Assembly: GCA_964486045.1 (NCBI GenBank)
Contig: CAZALK010000009.1
Coordinates: 1-64,000, forward strand
DNA: 64,000 nucleotides
Direction of reading: 5' to 3'
From: an uncultured archaeon
GTDB lineage: Archaea > Asgardarchaeota > Lokiarchaeia > Sigyniarchaeales > SOKP01
Part shown: one piece after another, positions 30,221-40,477 of the stretch
Position numbering within the stretch: position 1 is the first letter of the stretch
Layout: each line of letters opens with the position of its first letter
The notes under the pieces: generated by a model
Database searches by the model: none
Told to the model about the DNA's origin: nothing
What the model saw: the letters and a program-made list of their open reading frames with translations, nothing else
Program-made: the position numbers and the translations under genes

Positions 30221-31297
30221 TTAATCATCGGATATTTGATTCCCTTCAGGGATAATATAATCTAACAACAGTTTGTTATAACCCTCTTTGGGTAGTTTCC
30301 CACCCGCCGTAAAGCCAACCGTAATATTGTAATCTGGTAAAATATAGATACACTGTCCTCCAGATCCAGCCATATAATATCCTTCAAGAGGACTATCCGT
30401 CATAAAAAATAAATAACCATAATCCATCGAAGTTTCTCCCTTGACAAGACTAATCTTGACTGTTGTTGCGTCTTTTATATAATCTTTATCTACAATTTGT
30501 CTTACATCCCAAATTCCATTGTTCAGACATAATATTCCTAATTTCGCTTGTACTTTAGGTGAGCAATGAAATGCATATGCGCCATAATTAATGTTTTTAG
30601 AATCACGGGGCCAATAGTATTCATTTTCTAAAATTCCCAAAGGTGTAAATAGATATTCTTTTGCAAATTCTGCAGTGCTTTTACCAGTTACTTTGGTTAT
30701 TATACCTGATAAGAGATTAGGTCCCTCATTGCTATATTCCCATTTTCCCGCTTCCCCAGGAGTATACCCTAATGGTACTTCATCAAGCGCTAATTTAATG
30801 CAATCAACAGGAGGATAATCAGTTGGAGGATAATTAGGATCCCAACTGCCAATTAGTCCGGCATTCATTGTTAATAATTGTTCTATTGTTATATTCTTCT
30901 TTAATTCGCTATCGCTAAAACTAGGATCCCAAATATCAGCAAAGAATTCATATAATGTCTGATTTAGGTTGTCTAAGAAACCTTCTTGGAGAGCTATTCC
31001 AATCAAAATACTCATTAAGCTCTTGGTCGCAGAAGCTTGATCATGGAATATGGGTCCAGTGTACGCTTTAGGAGGAAGAAGATCAGAATACGCTTTAGTA
31101 TCAAGGAGTTGGGAATTATATAGATATTCCTCGGTAATTAGATACCCATTGCGTACTATGATAAGACTATGTATATTATGTGAATTTTTTTCAATAGATT
31201 TAAACATATCTGCAATCTTTTCAGAATTTAATCCCTGTTCTTCAGGAGCTACTTCTGTCCATTCACTTGAATTTGATGGCCAAAATTTATTTTTCAT
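30221..31297 (-). CDS. Serine hydrolase, class C beta-lactamase/AmpC-like family
   Basis: PEEQGL, HSLIIVRNGYL, SATK (SxxK), ITIEQLLTMNAG, WEYSN, YLFTPLGI, AGSGGQCIYILP. Confidence 0.9.
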   Translation of the reverse strand: MKNKFWPSNSSEWTEVAPEEQGLNSEKIADMFKSIEKNSHNIHSLIIVRNGYLITEEYLYNSQLLDTKAYSDLLPPKAYTGPIFHDQASATKSLMSILIGIALQEGFLDNLNQTLYEFFADIWDPSFSDSELKKNITIEQLLTMNAGLIGSWDPNYPPTDYPPVDCIKLALDEVPLGYTPGEAGKWEYSNEGPNLLSGIITKVTGKSTAEFAKEYLFTPLGILENEYYWPRDSKNINYGAYAFHCSPKVQAKLGILCLNNGIWDVRQIVDKDYIKDATTVKISLVKGETSMDYGYLFFMTDSPLEGYYMAGSGGQCIYILPDYNITVGFTAGGKLPKEGYNKLLLDYIIPEGNQISDD

Positions 31298-31457
31298 TAT
31301 TGAATCAGTTTTTCAAGAAATAAAAATTTTTTCTCATTTTTCTGTGAAATTGGAATCGAAAGGTCAATCCAGCTCCTCATTTCAATGAAAATTTTCTTAA
31401 ATGGGAAAAATAGGAGAAAAAATAATAATTTCGATATACAATCATATAAAAATCAGA

Positions 31458-32825
31458 CTATTTTCGGAATTCCTCGAAGCGAAGCGCTTGGTCAAATGTT
31501 CTTTGACTTAAGTTGAGTATCGATTTATCAGACCATTCTTTAAGACCTGGAATTATTTCTCCTCTAATAAACCGTTTCGCATATGATGGAATCAAATTCT
31601 GACCAAGATAGGCTCCAACAATAGCTCCAGCGTTCCCTGCATTGCAATCTGTATCAGCTCCACATTCAGTACTAATACGCACCGTCTGTATAAAATCCCC
31701 GTCTCCATATAATAAACCCATAACAATTGCACCGTTATTGAATAATGTATGAACACCTTTACTTTTACCAAAGCTCTTTATTCGCCTTTCAAAAATACTC
31801 GGAAAATCTTTAAATCTGGAAACTGCATCAGTTACCATACTTTGTTCAAATTTCCACCACAATCCATCTAATTTTGTTTCCCAATCTTTTTTATTTTTAG
31901 CTCCAATAAAATTTGTTTCCCAATCTCTTGAATCTGGATTATTAATGTAGTTATCAATTATAGGATCAATAAAGCGAAAATATAATTCTACATCATTCGT
32001 AGATATCCAATCTATCAAAGAAGCATATTCTAACATGACAGTCTTAATACGCTTAATATCGCCTATAATAGTTTCAGCACAAATCCCTGCCTGGTCAATT
32101 TGCTGTGTAAATGCATCAAAATACTCGTTTTCTGCCTTATCCCATCGATGTACTGCAGACTTTGGGAAGTTTATCTCTTCCTTATATTCATATGGGTTGT
32201 GTACTATTGCTACTGAAATCAATGCTGAGATAAATAATTCACCTACAATTCCTACTTCTCTATGTGCTATCAACGCATCTTGAAGTGATAAATCCAAGCA
32301 TGGTTGTAATAATTCTAGATCACTTTTGGATTTTTTATACCAGCCCCATGCAGGGAGTAACATTCCATATAATTCTCCCTTCATTTGTGCTCCAATCCAA
32401 TCAGCATACTCATTCCCAAATACTTTACCATCATGTTCATATACATAATCACCCGCATGTTCCCATGGAACACCATTTTTCGCGTTATCATAAGCAGCTT
32501 TTTCTGCTGTAAATACATACTGAGGGAGTAAATACTTCAACCAAAATGATCCAAGATAATCTGGTTCCAAAATTGTTCCAGCTTTAAACCTCTTCGCAAA
32601 TTCTTCATCATCTAAAGCTTCTAATGCTAATATAGATATCAATTCATATTGTTCATCATCATTTATACCTTGTCTATGATGTATGCTCCATCCACTTAAA
32701 GGAGGGTGCATATTAATAATAATTCTGCGATCTCTTCCCTCAACAGGCATTCCAAAAGTCCCACCTGCTACTTTGCCAGTCCAACTCCCCCAAATTTTTT
32801 GGAGTAAAAAGTCTTTATCTACCAT
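31458..32825 (-). CDS. ADP-ribosylglycohydrolase (DraG/ARH) family protein
   Basis: KIWGSWTGKVAGGTFGMPVEG, INDDEQYE, WIGAQMKG, GADTDCNAGNAGAIVGA (metal-binding DTD). Confidence 0.82.
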   Translation of the reverse strand: MVDKDFLLQKIWGSWTGKVAGGTFGMPVEGRDRRIIINMHPPLSGWSIHHRQGINDDEQYELISILALEALDDEEFAKRFKAGTILEPDYLGSFWLKYLLPQYVFTAEKAAYDNAKNGVPWEHAGDYVYEHDGKVFGNEYADWIGAQMKGELYGMLLPAWGWYKKSKSDLELLQPCLDLSLQDALIAHREVGIVGELFISALISVAIVHNPYEYKEEINFPKSAVHRWDKAENEYFDAFTQQIDQAGICAETIIGDIKRIKTVMLEYASLIDWISTNDVELYFRFIDPIIDNYINNPDSRDWETNFIGAKNKKDWETKLDGLWWKFEQSMVTDAVSRFKDFPSIFERRIKSFGKSKGVHTLFNNGAIVMGLLYGDGDFIQTVRISTECGADTDCNAGNAGAIVGAYLGQNLIPSYAKRFIRGEIIPGLKEWSDKSILNLSQRTFDQALRFEEFRK

Positions 32826-32997
32826 AAGTAAATCTCATTTTTCTTTTTATTTTAATTTTATTTTAATTATATATGATTCAAATTAGAAGAAGTAATATAA
32901 TACTGAGAGAGATTAGAACTAAGCATTACGAGTTTTACCACCTAAAATATTTTTATAGGGATTCCAAGCATCTTGAATCAATTTTGGATCATTTTTT

Positions 32998-34524
32998 CTA
33001 CATAATTCCATTCCAAGCAATTCTTTCTTTTCCATACGGATCATCAACTACTTTTATCTCCTTGCCCAAAATCATTGTACTACGTTTTTCTGTGTTATAT
33101 TTAGGCCATTCTGGTATACCGCTGTGAGAAGGATTTCCTGTTCGAGCAAACGCTATCCATGAATCCATAATTTTTTCACTGTGTTTCTTCGCTTCTTCAC
33201 TCGTATCCGAAAATTTGTTCCAATCTGGATTATCAAACATACCAAATACGAAAGGTATTTCACAAGTATGGAAGGCTCCGAATTTTCCGTCCATAAATGT
33301 AGAGGGCCATGTAAACAAATACATATAAGTATTAGGATTTTGTGTAGATTGAGCCTCTGCCGTTCGTATGGCAGCAATGCGAAACTCAAAGTCGGTTAAA
33401 AATGCATCTATTACTACTTGGGGGGATAAAGAGCTTTCATCTTTCCTTGTTTCTCTGTATGCATTTATTAAACTTACTACTTTATCCTCATTTTGACCGA
33501 GAGATTTCATAACAAGTTTTATCCAGTTATGCATCCCATTTTCACTTACTTCCTTGAAATCGGAATCATCGTTAGGATCAGGTTTCATCGATGTAGATTC
33601 ATTCAAATTTGTACCAACTAGCAGATCAACCTCTGCTGCAGCACCCTTACGGATCAAGTCTAGAGGGTGTTCGAGAATATACTCCCCATCAATGTAGGGG
33701 GGACTTACTAAAGGCCATGGTTTTAATTCTTTCTCTACTTTTTCTATCCAAGCTTTTGATTCAGCATTAACGAGTTCGTATGCAGAAATTTTACGTAGTG
33801 CTTCTAGATCACCATCTTGAATCCCTACTTCTGAAAGTACACGCTCGCTTAAATCTTTACCTTCAGAAACTCTGAAACCCGCAGGATTGCAGGCTCCGCT
33901 CTGGGCTATCGCTCTATGGAACAGACCCTTAGCTTCGGGTATTGTTAATAATGTTGACACAGACCAACCGCCCGCACTTTCTCCAAAAATCGTTACCCGC
34001 GCAGGATCCCCTCCGAAATTCTCGATATTATCACGAACCCATTTCAAGGCTGTAATTTGATCAAGTAATCCTACATTTGAAGTGATACCCGGTATAAAAG
34101 AAAACCCTAGAGCGTTTAATCTATAGTTTAATGTAACTACTACCACATTTCCCCTTTTTGCTAGGAATGTACCATCGTATGAACGTTGGCTATGGCTTCT
34201 TAATCCTCCACCATGGATCCAGACCATTACTGGACGTTTATCCCGATCGGTGGAAGGTGTCCAAATATTCAAGTTAAGACAATCGGGTTCACTTTGCGGA
34301 TTCGGTTGACTTAGTAATTTTGGAGAGATAACTTGAGGACAGATAGGGCCAAATTCAGTTGCTAAAAATACTCCCGGAAATCGCTTCGCGGGAACAGGGG
34401 GGTTAAAACGTAAATCTCCTACCACCCTTTCGGCATAAGGTATTCCTTTAAATATCTCTATATCCTCATCTTTAATACCCTGAATTTTACCTGCTTTTGT
34501 ATCAACGATTTTGGTTCTTTCCAT
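32998..34524 (-). CDS. Type-B carboxylesterase/lipase, second paralog
   Basis: FKGIPYA, DCLNLNIW, WIHGGG, GESAG, GAFHTCEIPFVFG, DDPYGKERIAWNGIM. Confidence 0.93.
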   Translation of the reverse strand: MERTKIVDTKAGKIQGIKDEDIEIFKGIPYAERVVGDLRFNPPVPAKRFPGVFLATEFGPICPQVISPKLLSQPNPQSEPDCLNLNIWTPSTDRDKRPVMVWIHGGGLRSHSQRSYDGTFLAKRGNVVVVTLNYRLNALGFSFIPGITSNVGLLDQITALKWVRDNIENFGGDPARVTIFGESAGGWSVSTLLTIPEAKGLFHRAIAQSGACNPAGFRVSEGKDLSERVLSEVGIQDGDLEALRKISAYELVNAESKAWIEKVEKELKPWPLVSPPYIDGEYILEHPLDLIRKGAAAEVDLLVGTNLNESTSMKPDPNDDSDFKEVSENGMHNWIKLVMKSLGQNEDKVVSLINAYRETRKDESSLSPQVVIDAFLTDFEFRIAAIRTAEAQSTQNPNTYMYLFTWPSTFMDGKFGAFHTCEIPFVFGMFDNPDWNKFSDTSEEAKKHSEKIMDSWIAFARTGNPSHSGIPEWPKYNTEKRSTMILGKEIKVVDDPYGKERIAWNGIM

Positions 34525-34684
34525 ATTTTTTTCATCTTTTTTACAATGTGCTCTAAAAGTGGATTATTTTACAATGATTATCTAATTTATAGTTTTTTTT
34601 TTTTAAAATTGCTTAAAAAATATATTAAAGTAATGTAAATAATAGTTTAAATATAGCGTTTAATAAGTAGGAGAGAATGGTTAG

Positions 34685-35716
34685 ATGAGGTTTAGTAGTT
34701 TATCAATGATAGGCACAACACATTTAAGGTGTACGGATTGCATTATAGCTGCTTTACTTGTTCATCCAAACTATCAAATAAATAAAAATCTTATCTATGA
34801 AGCACAAAAAATTATGTTAGGTCATAGAGGAAAATGGGCTTATGCATTTCATTTACCAAAAAAAGAGGTAAAAGAAGAATTTACGAAATGCTTACCTGAC
34901 ATAATTAAGAAGCAACAATCATCTGGATTGTGGAAAAGAAAGTATGCTAAAGTTTATACTTACGGGCTATTACGAGCATTGAAGCATGCAGAGCTTCTCG
35001 AACAAGATATTTTTCGTTATGATTTATACAAAAGTTTTCGACAGAATACAGACCTTATCAGCATCCTTGTAAGGAAAAATATCATGAACGAAAATAATGT
35101 TAACATAGAAAAGGTTGTGGCAAAATTATTCTCTAATCAACAACAGAATGGTTCTTGGTTTAATAGTCTCTCCGCAACATGTTTTCAACTACTAATTTTG
35201 AACGAATTAGGTATTAGTGCTAACCATGAATTAGTTTCCTTGGCTATCAAATGGATTTTTGATCAGTTTTATAAAACATTTGAGGGAAAAGCAAAGACTT
35301 GGACATTTGATTTTGAGAATATTTTTCTGACAGATAATTATGCTGTTGAACAAAATGGTTTTCAACAAGTTGCTCCAGAACATGGTAGAAACCCTTGCAT
35401 CGGTTCTTTACTGTCTGGTGTTGATAGTTTTATCAGGCAAAATCCTCTAATAACTACTGCTATAGCACTATATACCTTGACTAGGTTAGGATATGGAAAT
35501 GATAAAAGAATAGTAGATGCATATGACAGTCTCTATAACCTTAGAGGTATTCACCTAATTAATGGGGAGATCACAGATAACATTGGTTGGTGTACTGGTT
35601 TATATCGTCCAAAATCATTACATTATGATATAGAAAGATCAGGTGTCAGTTTTGACGATTATTTACAAGTTGTAAAGGAAAGAAAAATCAAGCAAAGAAA
35701 AAATACAATTTACTAA
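34685..35716 (+). CDS. Hypothetical protein with prenyltransferase/terpene-cyclase-like (alpha/alpha) QxxxGxW repeats
   Basis: QQSSGLW and QQQNGSWF motifs followed by AT...L.IL.ELGI...LAIKWI. Confidence 0.6.
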   Translation: MRFSSLSMIGTTHLRCTDCIIAALLVHPNYQINKNLIYEAQKIMLGHRGKWAYAFHLPKKEVKEEFTKCLPDIIKKQQSSGLWKRKYAKVYTYGLLRALKHAELLEQDIFRYDLYKSFRQNTDLISILVRKNIMNENNVNIEKVVAKLFSNQQQNGSWFNSLSATCFQLLILNELGISANHELVSLAIKWIFDQFYKTFEGKAKTWTFDFENIFLTDNYAVEQNGFQQVAPEHGRNPCIGSLLSGVDSFIRQNPLITTAIALYTLTRLGYGNDKRIVDAYDSLYNLRGIHLINGEITDNIGWCTGLYRPKSLHYDIERSGVSFDDYLQVVKERKIKQRKNTIY

Positions 35717-35759
35717 AAATCGTAGCTCAAATCGATGTGAAATAAATTTTTTTTTTTAA

Positions 35760-35802
35760 CATAATTCCATCCCAAAACTTTCTTTCTTTTCCATATGGAT
35801 CA
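35760..35802 (-). pseudogene. 3'-terminal relic of a third type-B carboxylesterase
   Basis: The reverse strand reads DPYGKERKFWDGIM, versus DPYGKERIAWNGIM (32998 gene) and DPYGSERKAWDGIL (14562 gene). It matches 33001-33043 at the nucleotide level. Confidence 0.7.
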
Positions 35803-35919
35803 CAATTAAATGATGAAAATATTCTTTTCGTGAGGAAAATTATTTTCACCTTTACATATGCTAATTTGAGTGATAATGAAATAGAAAATTTTCAAAAATA
35901 AAGAATTATATTCATAATA

Positions 35920-36633
35920 ATGGATACTGATAAAATATGGAAAGAAGGTGAATGGACAAGTGAAGCACGTCAGATAATTGATGGGCTTAAAAAGTTTCCT
36001 GACAATTCAAAAATAATCCTAATTTTAAGACATTCTCATCGAAATGAAGCAAAAGCATTTGAGAAAGCTCAGAAAGAAAGATTAACACCCCAAGGTCATG
36101 CAATTGCTAAGAAATTCGGCGAAAATTTACCCCGAAGCAGACCTATTAAAAACTTCTATAGCATTATATGGCGATGCGAAGAAACAGCTAAAAATATACA
36201 TGAGGGGTTTAAAAGTATTGGCGGAGCAAGTGAATTAAAGGGAGAACTTAAACCTCTCCAAGATGTTGGAATTGCTGATAGACAATTTTTTTTGAATGAA
36301 TTTACTAATGTTCCTTTTTTTGACATCTTTTATCGATGGGCAGTAGGTTTTTATAATCCTAATGTTTGGACACCGTTCATAGAATATTGTCAATCAACGG
36401 CTCATATTATTCTAGACCAAGTTAAAAGCTCTCCTGAAAATGGGTTAAACATATTTGTTTCTCATGATATGAATGTAATGGCTCTTAGATTTGGATGGTT
36501 TGCGCTTCTACCAACAAAATGGGTGAAATTCCTTGGGGGATTTGCATTCTCGATAGAAGAAGATCAAATCTTACTATTAGATAATAACGAGCTAAAACCA
36601 GTAGCAATTCCACATTGGTGGAAAAAATCATGA
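35920..36633 (+). CDS. Histidine phosphatase superfamily protein
   Basis: ILILRHSHR, LTPQGH..A..FG, RCEETA, IFVSHD. Confidence 0.85.
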   Translation: MDTDKIWKEGEWTSEARQIIDGLKKFPDNSKIILILRHSHRNEAKAFEKAQKERLTPQGHAIAKKFGENLPRSRPIKNFYSIIWRCEETAKNIHEGFKSIGGASELKGELKPLQDVGIADRQFFLNEFTNVPFFDIFYRWAVGFYNPNVWTPFIEYCQSTAHIILDQVKSSPENGLNIFVSHDMNVMALRFGWFALLPTKWVKFLGGFAFSIEEDQILLLDNNELKPVAIPHWWKKS

Positions 36634-36657
36634 AAACTCCAAATTGACATTACTCAA

Positions 36658-37257
36658 TTATCGCCCTAACAATTTATAAAATCGGCTTTTTTGTTCTTCT
36701 GTCATCTCAGTAAGGAGTGGTACACCGTATTCTGTATGTGGAAAATCCTTAACTTCTGGTGAATGAATAAGTCGTCTCGCGGTAATATTATGAAGTCCCT
36801 CACCATCAATCCCCATGAGTGCTTCTCCAATACCAGGTGGCCATACTGGTTTACTTTTAAACGAATTTGTTTTTCTCCCTTTTCCAACCTTAGTCAAACC
36901 ATTGTTTAATATTTCTTCCTCTATAAACCGCTTATTTTGACCTTTAAGGTCGTAGATAAAGGATGAGGCATGTGCTATTAGCGCCCACTCTACACGAGCA
37001 TGAAATCCAGGAAGTTCTAGGCATTCGTCCGGTAATGATGCTCCTCCGCTGACCTTTCCCTTGTGGATCATAAAATGCCAACCTGCTATATCACGCCCAG
37101 CCAAGAGACGTTTCGGTATGAGTGTATATTCTTCGCTAAAACCCCATTCATATTTATTGAGATCTAAATTAGCTTGTTTAATGAGTTTTACACCTGTTTC
37201 AGCAGCAAACTTGCACCACTCTAAAGACCCGAACTCCCATTTTTCAATATCATTCAT
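36658..37257 (-). CDS. Hypothetical protein (possibly SCP2-like N-terminal region)
   Basis: Intact 199-aa ORF with upstream GAAGAG. EFGSLEWC...FSEEYT...WHFMIHKGKVS; no confident family. Confidence 0.65.
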   Translation of the reverse strand: MNDIEKWEFGSLEWCKFAAETGVKLIKQANLDLNKYEWGFSEEYTLIPKRLLAGRDIAGWHFMIHKGKVSGGASLPDECLELPGFHARVEWALIAHASSFIYDLKGQNKRFIEEEILNNGLTKVGKGRKTNSFKSKPVWPPGIGEALMGIDGEGLHNITARRLIHSPEVKDFPHTEYGVPLLTEMTEEQKSRFYKLLGR

Positions 37258-37438
37258 ATTTTTTCTCTTCTAAGATTAAATTTGATCTTAAAATACGATA
37301 GTACTGCAAAATTCATTAAATATTTTAAATTTGCTTAAAAAATTATTTAGATATGTAGCCCTCATCCAATTCATCCAATTAAAAAAATTGAAATTGAATG
37401 TATTACTTTCCTAATTATAATTCGAATAGAGGATTAAT

Positions 37439-40267
37439 ATGACTTATAACTATATAATGCCAATTGATACGAAAACATTATCCTTAGAAATGATCGGTGG
37501 TAAAGGAAAGTCTCTAGCAAAGATGGCATCTACAGGAATGTCGGTGCCTTCAGGCTTTTATCTGACGACGTCTGCATACAAGGATTTTATAGAAAAGAAT
37601 AACCTACAAGAAGCTATCATCAATCTAGCAAAGCCTGAAATCATCGGTAGGACAATATCATTCGAATCAGCATCGAAGAATATTCAAAAGCTGATAAAAG
37701 GAGTGGAACTACCTGATGAGATTACTAATGAAATCCGGCAGGCTTACGCTGCATTGAATGGACAGAATCCCGCTGTGGCCGTGCGTTCCTCAGCCAATGC
37801 TGAAGACCTCCCAGATTTATCTTTTGCCGGGCAACAGGATACCTATTTGAACATTAGTGGTGATGAGCCACTGATAACAGCTATACGTGATTGTTGGGCG
37901 TCTCTTTGGACACCACGAGCTATCAGTTACCGGCATCAAATGGGGATTAAACAAGAAGTGGTCGCTATGGCTGTGGTGGTCCAAATCATGGTACCATCGG
38001 ACGTCTCGGGGATACTTTTTACTGCTAATCCAGTTAACGGTGAAAGATCAGAAATCATTATCAATTCAAGTTTTGGTCTAGGTGAGGCGGTAGTTGGTGG
38101 ACAAGTAACACCGGACACCTATGTGGTAGATCGGAAAACACTTACTGTAAAAGAGACTATAATTGGTCCAAAGGCGCAGAAGATTATTTCCAGTGATAAA
38201 CAAGGAACAATATTGCAAGATGTCTCTGAACATGAGCGTAGCCAGTCGTCGTTGTCAGATAATTTACTCAAGGAACTGACATCAGTTGCACTTAATGTAG
38301 AACAGATTTTCGAAGGTGTCCCTCAAGATATCGAATGGGCCATATCTAACGGTAAACTTTGGATGCTACAATCCCGCCCTATAACGAATCTTCCTCCACA
38401 GCCCATAAAGGTTATTTGGGAACCTACTCCACCAGCAAAGATTCTCGCCCGGCGTCAAATCGTAGAAAATATTCCTGACCCTTGTAGTCCGTTATTTGAT
38501 GAGCTGTATCTAACTGAAGGTTTGGAATCTCCTGCAAAAGGACAGAAGCGGAAAAGTTTCTTTGTAGGGGGTGGTCCTATGTTTGTAACAGTAAATGGTT
38601 ATGCCTATCAACGTTTTGATTTTCCACAAGTTGTAGACATACAGAAAGAAATAGACAAGGCTGAAACAGAAGAAGAAAAGGAGGACGTAATTGCAAGGAT
38701 TTGGCAACAATGGGATGATACATACGCACAAATGAGAAATAAAAGCGATTCCACGATGGAACAGCATGACTTGAACTTGTTCTTGGCAGAGATTTCATCC
38801 GAAGATTTAGAGGCATTTAATGAATGGGCCAAAAACGCAGATATCAAAGATATTGCTCATGAGGTGACCATGCCTGAAAGTAAAAATCCAACTTATACCG
38901 CCTTCAATAAGACCCAGATCAATGAGAACCAAATTAAAGGATGGAGTGAAAAAGCGATGCCCGAACTTCTAGCTACGGTGGAGGAATGGCGAAATATTGA
39001 TTATAGAACAGCATCGGATGATGATTTATTGAGAGGAATTAGTGAATTGGCTATTGCTGGGGGAAGGTACTGGGCATCGAATGCGTCGCATACTTTTGGT
39101 GTTGCAAAATCAACAGATGACCAGTTACAAGCATTTCTACGAGAAAACCTACCAGATCATCATTTCATCAGTGGTCACTTCCTGAGTGGTTTTAAATCGA
39201 AAACTTTAGAAGCCAATGAGCACATGTATAAGATTGCCAAGCAGATCCAAGCAGACGATGCGCTCTATGAATTGATGGTTACAACACCGCCTAAACAAAT
39301 GATGAATGCTCTACAAAATCACCCAAACAGTGGTTCAGTGATTAAAGCTATTGAAGATTATCTCAGGATCTATGGACACTTAGGCTACAGCTTGGATTTT
39401 GTTGAATCACTTCCAATTGAAGATCCTTCCGGGCTTCTTAGCACCTTAAAAACCATGATAACTGTCAAGGATTACAACCCAAATAAACATCAAATCGATG
39501 CTGCAGGGAAGCGTGAACAAGCGATGCAGAAGATCGAGCAGCTTCTTGATGGATTGCAGTATTGGCAGTTTCGTTATAGAAATTGGTTCACCCATCGTTT
39601 TTATTTCATCCGCGAGGAAGTTATGTTTTATCTAACTAGTGGTTGGCCAACTCTTCGAATTTTAGCTCTGGAGCTCGGACAGCGTCTTGTAGATGTTGGT
39701 ACAATTAACGCTCCTGATGATGTTTTTTATCTTGTTACCGAAGAACTGACCGAAGCCATAAACGCTCGTAAAGAGAATAAAGCGATACCAGAATATCAAC
39801 AATTAACTGCAAAACGTCGAGAGTTGAGAGAAGCACGCAAACGACTACATCCCCCAGGAACTATTCCAGAAGTAGCAAGCAATAATCCCGGTGTGGCATT
39901 CAAAGAGACACAAGCACGCAATGATCCCAACAGTGATATATTGAAAGGGATTCCGGTTAGTCCCGGCACTGTCACCAGTCCAGTTAGTTTGATTAAATCA
40001 CCAGCAGAATTTGATCAAATGCAACCAGATTCAATTTTAGTCTGTCCGATGACCAACCCCGCATGGACGCCACTATTTGCCCATGCAACCGGATTAGTAA
40101 CTGATATGGGTGGTATTCTGGGGCATGGATCCATCGTTGCGAGGGAATATGGCATCCCGGCCGTTGTGGGAACCGGCACTATTACGCAACGCGTTAAACA
40201 TGGCCAGAAGATCACAGTGGACGGTGATGCTGGTACTGTTAGTCTTATTCAAGATGAAACAATATAA
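37439..40267 (+). CDS. PEP-utilising dikinase with rifampicin-phosphotransferase-like architecture (ATP-grasp PPDK_N, central domain, C-terminal phospho-His swivel)
   Basis: IGGKGKSL, VAVRSSANAEDLPDLSFAGQQDTYLN, GLGEAVVGGQVTPD, PQDIEWA...LQSRPIT, and C-terminal TNPAWTPLF...GGILGHGSIVAREYGIPAVVG. No pyruvate-binding barrel. Confidence 0.85.
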   Translation: MTYNYIMPIDTKTLSLEMIGGKGKSLAKMASTGMSVPSGFYLTTSAYKDFIEKNNLQEAIINLAKPEIIGRTISFESASKNIQKLIKGVELPDEITNEIRQAYAALNGQNPAVAVRSSANAEDLPDLSFAGQQDTYLNISGDEPLITAIRDCWASLWTPRAISYRHQMGIKQEVVAMAVVVQIMVPSDVSGILFTANPVNGERSEIIINSSFGLGEAVVGGQVTPDTYVVDRKTLTVKETIIGPKAQKIISSDKQGTILQDVSEHERSQSSLSDNLLKELTSVALNVEQIFEGVPQDIEWAISNGKLWMLQSRPITNLPPQPIKVIWEPTPPAKILARRQIVENIPDPCSPLFDELYLTEGLESPAKGQKRKSFFVGGGPMFVTVNGYAYQRFDFPQVVDIQKEIDKAETEEEKEDVIARIWQQWDDTYAQMRNKSDSTMEQHDLNLFLAEISSEDLEAFNEWAKNADIKDIAHEVTMPESKNPTYTAFNKTQINENQIKGWSEKAMPELLATVEEWRNIDYRTASDDDLLRGISELAIAGGRYWASNASHTFGVAKSTDDQLQAFLRENLPDHHFISGHFLSGFKSKTLEANEHMYKIAKQIQADDALYELMVTTPPKQMMNALQNHPNSGSVIKAIEDYLRIYGHLGYSLDFVESLPIEDPSGLLSTLKTMITVKDYNPNKHQIDAAGKREQAMQKIEQLLDGLQYWQFRYRNWFTHRFYFIREEVMFYLTSGWPTLRILALELGQRLVDVGTINAPDDVFYLVTEELTEAINARKENKAIPEYQQLTAKRRELREARKRLHPPGTIPEVASNNPGVAFKETQARNDPNSDILKGIPVSPGTVTSPVSLIKSPAEFDQMQPDSILVCPMTNPAWTPLFAHATGLVTDMGGILGHGSIVAREYGIPAVVGTGTITQRVKHGQKITVDGDAGTVSLIQDETI

Positions 40268-40477
40268 CTTCAATGATTTTTTTTCTTTTCTTACCTTTTT
40301 CTTTAAGAATTATAAGAACAACTTAATCTTAAATGTTTGATATAAATATTTGAGAATTGTGAGTTAGTAGAACTTTAAGATTGATTTTTTCACTAAAAAG
40401 ACTAAAGAATGACAAAAAATTTTTATTTTAAGTTTTGTTATAACCTTTATTTCAAATTTAAGAAGAACTGACAGAAA

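Noticed and set aside
37439-40267. Annotation as PEP synthase (ppsA) or as a rifampicin-resistance gene (rph)
   Set aside because: It lacks the C-terminal pyruvate-binding barrel of PpsA, and I cannot verify rifamycin-binding residues.
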